A stretch of 64,000 nt of DNA from Octopus vulgaris. Taxonomy: Eukaryota. The translations under genes and the position numbers were made by a program. The stretch is from the NCBI GenBank assembly GCA_951406725.2, contig OX597821.1, forward strand, positions 99,324,001-99,388,000, given 5' to 3'. Below, in pieces: positions 39,020-50,500 of the stretch; the first letter of the stretch is position 1, and every line of letters starts with the position of its first letter. The notes under the pieces are model-generated. The model made no database searches. It was given only the letters and a program-made list of their open reading frames with translations, and was not told the origin of the DNA.

Positions 39020-42000
39020 TCTATTTTCTTTCCTCCACCTCACTCTCTATTTTGTATTCTATCTAAACTAACTATTACTTAACCATCCTCCCATGTCTTC
39101 GATGAAGGAATATAATTAATAAATATCCTGGAAACAGCGGTAAGACTTCTATCCATAAATGTCCTAATAGCTACGCAGCCTTGGTTTTTTTATCTCATTA
39201 CGCAAAAAATTCTTATATATATATAGGAAAAAATAGAGGTTGGAAATGCACTGAGACTAGTTAAATTATTTTTTATTATTATATTTAAAGATTTAACTGG
39301 TTTCATAGTTTACACTGATCTTCAAAGGTTTGAAATAGAAGATGTGGCTTATGTCACAGCCATTTTGCTTCTGACTAGTGTTTGAAGCTTGCTTTATTTT
39401 TATGGGAGGTTCATGGCTCAAATTAGTTTATGTTTTGAATAGGGTTTGATTGGTAGAGGATAGTCACATGGCTGGTCTTAGAAATGTTTGTATGTCACTG
39501 GAGTCTGCACCAGGCTCCATTGTCTCTTCTGGCATGGTTTCTACAGCTGGATGCCCTTCCTAACACCAAACAATTAACAGTGTATTGTTGTTTTTTATGT
39601 GAAACCAACACTGGTGTTAAGTCTACTGTAGTGTTACCAGTCTTGAGAATAGCAAGGCAGAAGACATCTTGGTCCTTTATTATCTTCTTTGTAAGGCTTA
39701 GTGTCTTGGACAACTGGAACAAGCAACATCACTTGTTACAACTATTATATGATGTCAAGACAAAGGTTCATACATGCAATGAGATTCTTTCAGTTTCTCT
39801 TTACCAAATCCATTTATAAAGTTTTGGTTGGACCATGGCTGTAGTATGGGGCATGAAGAATTTTAATGACTTGCAGAAAATTACACTAATGTTGATGGGA
39901 TATGAACTTAGAACTGAATAAATATATTGCTTATTGTTTTTGCTTGTCCTTTGTATAATGTGTGACACACAGAATATTTCCCTAGCATCCACGCATCAAA
40001 TGTGTGTGTATGTGTGGTGCACATACTCAATTTTTTTCAACCAACAGAGTAACTTGAGACTTACGAAAGGAAATCTTTATATTGCTTGAAACATGAATCA
40101 AGGGATAAGTAAAAGTCTGAAAAGAAGTATGGACATTTTGGACTGACAATAGGGTAATGTGATTTAGCAGATGGTGTTGAATGTTGCCATTCAAATGAAT
40201 GGTTTCCATTCAATTCACTTTCATCATTAACCACTTCTGGTGTTGGTTGACTTGATTGATTTTAATTTGAATTTTAGACATTATTTTTTACTTCAGCCAT
40301 TTAGTTTATTGTTATAACAAATGAAAATGGAGAAAACTATCTTAGATTGAAGAACTCACTGTTTGTGATTTGTCTGGTTAATTATAAATCTATTAAAATT
40401 TTCAGGGAGCTGATGGATGTGATTCGCCGAGAAGGCAAGCGTATGATGTCTGTTCAGCCTTCAGAATCAGTTATTGGTAATATGGTACGAAGAGTATTAA
40501 AAGTAATCAGAGAAGAATATGCCAGGTGAACTGAAGTTTCTTATACAGTCTTTTAGTTATTAATGTTATGAACAATTTGAGAATATTTTCTTGTGGTAAA
40601 GAAAGCAGAGCTTGGAAGATTTGGACCATCTATTCCAGCTGCTTCTAGATGTCTGCTTTCTAAGGTCTGGTTCATGATGATGATTGCATTAACAACAATT
40701 CTTTGTGTCATCTTTTCAGAGGCAGAATCCATTTTTAGGCAAGAATTACTGTAAATCCTCGAGTATAATCCGCATTTTTCCCCCAAAATTTAAAGGTCAA
40801 AATCCCTAGTGTGTACTATATACGAGGTTATAAATGAAAATTATTTTCTAAGCAATGTCCGAGTCTCTATTTACTGTCCAGCAATGTTTATTCAGACGCA
40901 TTTTGTGATGTCGGGCACGAAAATACCTTAAGCTAAACCTGAAAGCAATGAAGTCATAAAAGGATCATCCATAACTTGCAGTAAGCAACATTTATTAAAC
41001 GTTATTACTGTTATTTCTTTATTTTCTGCAAACAAAATGCACAAAAAGGCTACACGTTTACATTATGTTATATATATACAATAATAATAAAGGACGTTAT
41101 ATAGACCTCCTTGACTCAAGTTAGAGAAGGGGTGCGTATTATACACAAGGTTTAGGTTTTTCTGAGGTACAGACCCCTAAAAATCCCCTGCGTATTATAC
41201 TCGAGGATTTATGGTATCTAGTAATGCAAATATTAACTCATGACTATTTAATCAAATATTATCCTGAATTTGTAAGCAAGGAACTTCTCTTTAATATCTT
41301 TATATCATTCTTAATAATTTGAATAGTCATATTTCCTAAAAAGTATTAGTCCACTGAGTATGAATTGTAGTTGTCTAAATTCCATAGTTTCTTTCAGATA
41401 AAGTGCCATATGTGTTATAGTTGATGTACAAATAAATTTGCTTAGTTTTGTATTACAAGAAGATACAGAAAAATTTCAACACTAAACTTTAAAATTTGCT
41501 TTTCTTAAAAATGACTTCTGTTTTGCTTATGACTATTTAGTTTATTAGCAATGATATCAGATCCTACAAAACATATTTCATCACCCCCATCATTTGTAAG
41601 TCAAATAATTTTGACTTATTTTTGTCATATATAATACTAACAGACTTTGCTCTTTTCTTATACTGGATTTAACATATCACCGACAATATTTATCAGAACT
41701 GTGATGCATAATTTCCAGTTAAAATTATTGTTAATGTTCATCCTTCATTTTATATTTTCACTTTCTCCCTTATGAAAGTTTTCCAATAAAGGTATTAATG
41801 TTCTTTCAATCGTTTTTGTTTTGTTATTAGTGCCGAAGGCAAGACATTGGGTGATGATCCACAAGAAGCTTTACAGGTTTGTACATCTGACAGTTGATAA
41901 CATTATTAAATAGAAATGCATTTGCTAGATGGATAATAAAGCAAGATTCCTTATATGAAGGTGTTTGAAAAATATCCAAATACGAAATAAGAATGAACAC

Positions 42001-45000
42001 CTCTTCCAAAATATGATTGGGACCATTAATAGGGAGATCTGCAAGTTGATGAGTTGACGTGTTCATAAAGAGACTTGATGTATGCTATATTGAATGTTCA
42101 GTTACATATAGGCACTGGCATAGTTGTGTGGTAAGAAGCTTGTTTCCCAACCACATGGTTCTGGGTTCAGTCCCACTGCCTGGCACCTTGGGTAAGTGCC
42201 TTCTACTACAGCGTTGGGCTGGCCAAAGCCTTGTGAGTTGATTTGGTAGATGGAAACTGAAAGAAGCCCATCTTGTATGTTACATATATATATATATATA
42301 TATATAACTGTGTGTGTGTTTTTATGTTTGTTGCCTACTACCATGTAATAATAGGTGTTGGTATCTCTGTGTCCTGGTAATTTAGCAGTCTCTAAAGAAA
42401 CCGACAGAATAAATATCAGTCTTTAAAAAAAAGTACTGGAATCAATTCGTTCAACTAAAATTCTTCAAGGCACTGCCCCGGCACGACTGCAGTCTGATGA
42501 CTGAAACAAGTACAAGGTAACAGTTATTGTTATTAGCTTGTTCTATATATATGTTCCCTTTTAAACTATTACATATATTTTGGGAATTATTTACTTCTTA
42601 ACATCTAGCTCCTAAATTCATGGTGTAATTGAATGTAATAATTAGTGATGCTTCCTAATGTGTGTTTGTAAAAGTATTTAACCAGTTGACTGTACTCCAG
42701 TAGTCATGGTCATCTGATGTTGTTGCTCAATCCTTGGTCTACTTTGATTAGTCAGACCTTATGACCAGAAGTGTTCCAGCACTAAACATCTCTCACTCTC
42801 TCTCTCTCTTGCTGTAGTGTATCTAGAACTATATTGCACAATCTGTCATTTTCCTTTTGTTTTTTGAGATGGCATTGTGTGATATGAAGGAAATTTTGGC
42901 TGCTATTTATAATTTCCTGATTGACTTGGGTAACTAATGTATATTTCCAAACTGTTTTGAGAAATTGATGAATCAGAGTTATAATATGTATGAACAACTA
43001 TACTATTTAATGGGAGTGGCTGACAAAAAATAGATTTTAGTGAATAACCAATCATAAAATTTTCAACAATTTATTTATTGACTGTTTTGTGTTATTTCTC
43101 CTAGAAACGTTTTGTCAGTGAAGGAGTGTCTGATGACTACACACTACAAGTGGCTGACTTCCAAGTAAGTTGTAAAATGTCATTTTGTTAACTATTTGCT
43201 ATCAATTTTTATGCTTTTTTCTTAGCATTTATTTCATCATCAACATGAGCACCATCATATTATACCGGCTTTTCCTGCTGACATGCATGAGCTAGCTGAG
43301 TCATCACGGTCTGAGTCAGTTCTTATTCAGAGTTACTACCCTTGTAGATGAACTCTTGAGAACCATCTCATTTGTATTGGGATGTCAAATAAATTTGTTT
43401 TCTTTTTGTATTTATTTTAATCTATTTTTTTCTTCAACAATTTAAAAAATATCAGTGATGGCATTGACAAACAATTGGAATGTTGGTTAGAAGTTGGGAA
43501 CAATAAAGGAGAATATATTATTGACTAATTTCTTAAAATAATTGAAAAAAAACAAAAAACGACAAATGAAGAATTTTTCTGACAACCTAATACATTCCAT
43601 TTTTGTCATGGTTTCTACTGCTGATACCATCTTATCACTAACCATCTTACAGAGTGTACTAGGTTGATTTTATTGTAGCACCAGCTCTAAAGAGGTTGTG
43701 TGTTTGGCAAGACAAAAGAACACTCAGCCATATTTTGTCTCCACTCATTTGCCAACAACTATACAGAATGTACTGAATGCATTTTTATGGTGGTAGAAGC
43801 CACTTTAATAGTGCTCCACTATTAGTACACTTCAAGAGTGGGGTCCCTGTTATTTGTATCATCTGAAATATTAGTTTCATCTTTAAGCACATAACCAGTT
43901 TCTTATTGGATAGGAATGTTGTTTACTGATTAGATCCGTCATGATCATTGTTTAATATTTTAGTGAGAAACAAAGCATAGATAACAAAGAAGAAAGGAGG
44001 AGGTGGGGTTAAGAGGATTGAAGTGGAAAAGTGAAATAATTTCAAAATTTACCTTAAGAAATGCTTTGACAGATTTGTACCAGCCTGTCATTTTCCTTTT
44101 GTTTTTTTTGAGATGGCATTGTGTGATATGAAGGAAATTTTGGCTGCTATTTATAATTTCCTGGTTGACTTGAGTAACTAATGTATATTATCCTTTCAAG
44201 ATCATTAAATTAAATACCAGGTTGGTGTAATCAAAGCTAGTGCCCCAATAAGGCTGCAGTCCAAAGACTGAAACCAGCAAAAGAATAAAAGCATATATAC
44301 ATTAGCAATTAAGCAACAAGCTGGATGGACTGCCACAGCTGGACTCAGCACATATTTAAAAGTACTGCTCACCAAGATGAATTGGAGGAGTGCATTTTGT
44401 TTGTTTTATTTCATTGTCATTTATTTCTCAGCTTCCTCTCATCAGAGAAGGAGAGCTGATCAATAAAATCAGTCAATCTCAAAAGCAAAACCAATCTTAA
44501 CAACAGAATTAGAACTCTATGTTGTCTCTACTGGTATTGATATTTGTAACAGTACTATTGTTATCCAGTGTGCTGGAGCCATCAAGGGCTGGTGATATCT
44601 TGCATTTACAAGTCTATGAAGTGCTGCTCTGTAGTTGATGCAACTCATTTTTATTTGAGTGAACTGAAGCACTGTGAAATAATGTAACGTACCCAGAGAT
44701 GCAACAGTCCAGGAATTGAACCTATGATCTTATCATGAGTCCAACAGCCTAACCACAAGGCCATGCTCCTTGGTCTTAGAAGCTGATTATATTAAAATCT
44801 ATATCTTTAATAGATAGGGAAACTTATGCTGGTGGTTTGTATAAAGGACCATTCGAGCGTGATTGTTACCTGCGTTGCCTTACTTAAACTTGTGCTGGTG
44901 GCACGTGAAAAAAATTCTAGCAAGGTGATTGCCAGTGCCACTGGACTGGCTCCTGTGCATGTGGCACATAAAAAGCACCATTTGAGTGTGGCCGTTGCCA

Positions 45001-45912
45001 GTTCTGCCTGACTGGCCCTCATGCCGGTGGCACGTAAAAGCACCCACTACATTCTCGGAGTGGTTGGCATTAGGAAGGGCATCCAGCTGTAGAAACTCTG
45101 CCAGAGCAGATTGGAGCCTTGTGCAGCCATCTGGTTCGCCAGACCTCAGTCAAATTGTCCAACCCATGCTAGCATGGAAAGCGGATGTTGAATGATGATG
45201 ATGATGAATAGTTTTTCTCTACCTTCTATTACATGTGAAACTTCAAATGTTAGTCTATTGTACCCTTGAGATAATTCATTTTCCACCTTTTTTGCTTAAT
45301 ATTTGACATTTCAATGAAGGCTTATAATAGCTGTACTTTGCTTCCTTTTCTTTTCTTTTCACAATCTATATATTCTTATTATTTGAAATATTTATATAAT
45401 ACAGGCAATCGTCATTGAAGCCATTTCTGAAATAAAATCTGAATTGGAGACATGGTAAGTCAGTTTGCTTTCAGATAATATTCTTTTGTGATTTTTCTGA
45501 CATTTCCATCTATTAAGTGATGAGATATTTAGGCACAGCTATTTTGGCGCCACCTATTTAGTTGATTCACTGCTGACTTTGATGTTTTTCTTATTCTCGT
45601 CAGCATCTAGTTATGTTTGTATGTGTTATGTCTCTCTTACCCTCTCTTTCTTTCATTCCCTCTGTATATGTATATTTCCGAGTGGACCTGTGTGTATGTT
45701 TGTGTTTACTTCCAGCACCACAATGCATTGTTACCTAAACAAGCTGAATGCTCACTCAACTGTGCCAAAATATCAGCATCCAATCAGCCAAATCATCTCA
45801 TTCTCTGTATTGTGTGTGTGTGTCATCATCATCGTTTAACGTCTGCTTTCCATGCTAGTATGGGTTAGACGATTTGACTGAGGACTGGCGAACCAGATGA
45901 CTGCACCAGGCT

Positions 45913-45962
<50 letters not shown>

Positions 45963-46595
45963 TACAAAATTAGAGAATGGAGAAACATACTTAAATCAAT
46001 AAAACATCAACTATCAGATGATACCCAATCAATACTTTAATACACCATTACATATCAGTAAAGGCATTATACAAAATATACAGTAAGAGTAAATAGACAA
46101 AGAGATATAAGTATAAAATTTCAAATATAATATGTAATTAAATCAAATCTGACAGCTGTTTTGGCAGTGAGGGCAGTCATACCTCATTTAACCAATAAGC
46201 CATAAAGGCAGGTATAAATGAGGCATTAACAAGGATGCCCCACGGCCTCTTCAGAGAATTAAATTAAATTTGTTATAATTGTGAAAAAGATTATTTAACC
46301 ATATACATATAAATATAAAAATATAAAAATGTAAAATATAAAAACTTATACATCATAATGCTACACTTATATAATATAATACTCATTGGTACAATAATGG
46401 AAGGTAAACAGAACAAAATAAAACAAAATATATATCAGTGTATATATTAATATTAATACACCGATATTATACATATTTGGCTAATAGTTTTTTTAAAAAA
46501 ACTAACACATAGGGAGATGAAAAATAATAATTTAAAACCATGGTTCAGTTCATAAAATTATAAAGCTATAAAAGTTAATAAAAATTGCTATTAAT

Positions 46596-46626
<31 letters not shown>

Positions 46627-47526
46627 GATACAGTTATGTTTGCACCAAGTCCATCCTTGAAAGGATGGACTTGGTGCAAACATAACTGTATGTATTATTA
46701 TTATTATTATTATTAATATTAATAGTAATTTTTATTAACTTTTATAGCTTTATAATTTTATGAACTGAACCATGGTTTTAAATTATTATTTTTCATCTCC
46801 CTATGTGTTAGTTTTTTTAAAAAAACTATTAGCCAAATATGTATAATATCGGTGCTTATTAATATTAATATATACACTGATATATATTTTGTTTTATTTT
46901 GTTCTGTTTACCTTCCATTATTGTACCAATGAGTATTATATTATATAAGTGTAGCATTATGATGTATAAGTTTTTATATTTTACATTTTTATATTTTTAT
47001 ATTTATATGTATATGGTTAAATAATCTTTTTCACAATTATAACAAATTTAATTTAATTCTCTGAAGAGGCCGTGGGGCATCCTTGTTAATGCCTCATTTA
47101 TACCTGCCTTTATGGCTTATTGGTTAAATGAGGTATGACTGCCCTCACTGCCAAAACAGCTGTCAGATTTGATTTAATTACATATTATATTTGAAATTTT
47201 ATACTTATATCTCTTTGTCTATTTACTCTTACTGTATATTTTGTATAATGCCTTTACTGATATGTAATGGTGTATTAAAGTATTGATTGGGTATCATCTG
47301 ATAGTTGATGTTTTATTGATTTAAGTATGTTTCTCCATTCTCTAATTTTGTAGTATTAATTTACGGTAATATTATTACCTTTACCCATATAATACAATAG
47401 ATGAACTGATTGTTTGGCAATTTTTAACATCTATGTATTAGTCTTGTTGGGTACCTATCTAGCAGTATATTGGATATATATTATCCCATGGTGGGTTGAA
47501 TTTTCAACCCCTATCTCATTTTATAA

Positions 47527-47577
<51 letters not shown>

Positions 47578-50500
47578 ATATGTCTGTGTGTCTGTGTTTG
47601 CCATCGCTTGACAACCGATGCTGGTGTGTTTACGTCCCCGTAACTTAGCATTTTGGCAAAAGAAACCAATAGAATAAATGCTAGGCTTACAAAGAATAAG
47701 TCCTGGGGTCCATTTCTTCAACTAAAGGCGGTGCTCCAGCATGGCCGCAGTCTAAATGACTGAAACAAGTGAAAGAGTGCATTCATGCATGCTTGGCAAG
47801 CTTCTCTATAGGCATAGTTGTTTTGTTCAAGAACTTTGCTTCCTGGTCACATGGTTTCAGTTCCTCTGTGTGGAACTGTAGGCAAGAGATTTTTGGTAAA
47901 TGGAAACTGAAAGGAGCTCAGGATGTGTGTGTGTGTGTGTTACTGTCTCCTTATTTTGATACTGCCCGATAGATGTAAATGAGCAACACTGTCAGACAAC
48001 TGGCATCCTTTGTTTCCAATCTTCCATGAAGCATGTCTGGCCGTGGGGAATATATCTTTGCTTGGAAACAGACGAAGGTTGGTGACAGGAAGAGCATCTG
48101 GTTGTAGAAAATCTGCCTTAACAAATTCCATCTGATCCCATGCAAGCATAAAAATGCAGACAATGAAAATAATAGTGATGCTAAATGATTTTGTATAATT
48201 TCAGTATACCAAACATAGAATCACAAGCACTGGAGCATATTCATGCCAAAGAAATAATCATGACATCAGGCTGGTCCAAATCTGTTGAAGCATTTCTTAA
48301 GGTGAGTTTTGAAATTACTTCACTTATATTCTTTCATCACCATTCTCCTCATCGTTGTTGTCATCGTCATCATCACCATCACCCTTGTTCTTTGTTATTT
48401 ATCTTTGTTTTCTTTCTCCCTAAAACTTGTAAAGAAAGCTTCAATGGTTAAGCGGTTAATGTGTTCCCACCTCTCTTATAAATGTTATACCATATTTAAT
48501 GAATAGGCGGCGAGCTGGCAGAAACGTTAGCACGCCGAGCGAAATGCTTAGCAGTATTTCGTCTGTCGCTACGTTCTGAGTTCAAATTCCGCCGAGGTCG
48601 ACTTTGCCTTTCATCCTTTCGGGGTCGATAAATTAAGTACCAGTTACGCACTGGGGTCGATATAATCTACTTAATCCCTTTTTCTGTCCTTGTTTGTCCC
48701 CTCTATGTTTAGCCCCTTGTGGGCAATAAAGAAATATACATATTTAATGAAAGATTCAGGGGCATATTTGATGCACCCCAATTCCAGCAGTGCTTATTCA
48801 GAGAATAAAAGTTTTTTATACATTAACCCTTTGGCATTCATGTTACTCTGTCAAATGTAATGTATATTTATTCATATTGTTTTGAATTACGTGATACTTT
48901 GTAGCTTTGAAATTTTGATGATGCGATTGTCTGTTTTCAAAATGACAATGTAGAGGAGGTGTGTGGAGCCAGGTCTGGCTGCTTTAACCCTTTCGTTACT
49001 GTATTTATTTATTTTACGATGCTCTGTTTTTCTTTCAGTTACTTTAAATGTAACAAAGAATTTAGTAAAATAGCTTTGTTATCATTAAGCTAGTGTTAGG
49101 AACATAAATTGTGACTAAGATTCGGTGGAAGATTTTAATTCAAACTTATGAAAACAAGGCATTTGTACTAATAGCCAGAGCCGGTTTCAGCCAGGTTGGT
49201 AATGAAAGGGTTAAGCATAAAATGTTTAGAATATTTGGGTTAGATATGGCTGGTTTAAATGCTAAAGAGTTAACATAAGTAATATTTAAAGCAATCAAGG
49301 CAATGATCCAGAATTGTTAGTGCACCGGGCAAGATGCTTAGCAGCGTTTTGTCAATCTTTACATTCTGAGTTCAAATGCAGCTGGGATTGACTTTGCCTT
49401 CACCCTTTCAAGGTCGATCAAATAAGTACCAGTTGAGTACTGCGGTTGATGTAATTGACTAGGCCTCTCTCATTAACTTACTGGCCTTGTGCCAAAATTT
49501 GAAACCAATATTTAAAGCAATCTGGTAGTACATTAAAAAACATTACAGAATTTTCTTAGATGTAACAGAAAACATTGCTGTTCATGGCCTGGCTCTCTGT
49601 TGGTTATGAAGATGATTGTTCCAGTTGATTCAGTCAACAGAACAGCCTGCTCATGGAATTTACATGCAAATGACTGAGCACTCTACAGACACGTATTCCC
49701 TTAATGTAGTTTTCAAGGAGATTCAGCGTGACACAGAATGTGATAAAACTGGCCCTTTGAAATATGGGTACAACTCGTTTTTGCCAGCTGAGTGAATTGG
49801 AGCAATGTGAAATAAAGTGTCTTGCTTAAGGACACAATGCACTGCTGGGAATTGAATTCATGACCTTATGATCATTAACTAAATACCCTAGCCACTAAGC
49901 CACTATTATTATGGAGTCAGGTGGGGTAGAAGAGTCCTGGAATAAAATAAGATTATCGTAGTGAGTGTGAGGGAGAAAATTAGCTTATGAGAGGACAAAC
50001 TTCACATATAGGGCTTGGGATGATTTAAAGCACCATTTGAGTGTATTCGTGGCCAGTGCTGCCTGACTGGCTCCCATGCTGGTGGCACATAAAAAGCACT
50101 CGCTACACTCTAGAAATGGTTGGTGTTAGGAAGGGCATCCAGCTGTAGAAACCTTGCCAGGTCAGACTGGAGCCTGGCACATCCTCCTGGCTTGCCAGTC
50201 CTCAGTTGAACTGTTCAATCCATGCCAGCATGCATAAAATTAACTTATGTTTGATTAAAATTAATTTGCTGTTTTTTTTTCTGTGTTTTACATTCCTTGC
50301 AAAACATGGGGCAGATTGTTTGTAAAAGTTTACCTTTCAGTAAAAGTTGGTGCTAAGCTACAAAAGGTTGTGAACCCTTGTACGTGATGTTATTATAGAC
50401 TTATCCCTTTAGCATTCAGATTACTGTTATTGTTCAAATTACTAATGCATTATATTGTAGCTTTAAGATTTTGATGATGTGATCGCTTATTTTTAGAATG

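Larger units (their letters stand above)
45960..47355. repeat. ~1.4 kb near-perfect palindrome (two ~700 bp arms, 2-nt spacer) in EIF2B2 intron 6
   Basis: 45960-46658 is the reverse complement of 46661-47355. The centre reads ...ccatcctt-GA-aaggatgg.... Only a few substitutions/indels were seen, including a (TAA)n length difference. Confidence 0.95.
45961..47528 (+). mobile_element. Penelope-like (PLE-type) non-autonomous insertion with an inverted 5' copy, in (TA)n
   Basis: Bounded by (TA)n at 45915-45960 and 47529-47565. It carries a hammerhead-like motif, and the inverted partial duplication is typical of PLE pseudo-LTRs. No RT or GIY-YIG ORF is visible. Confidence 0.6.
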
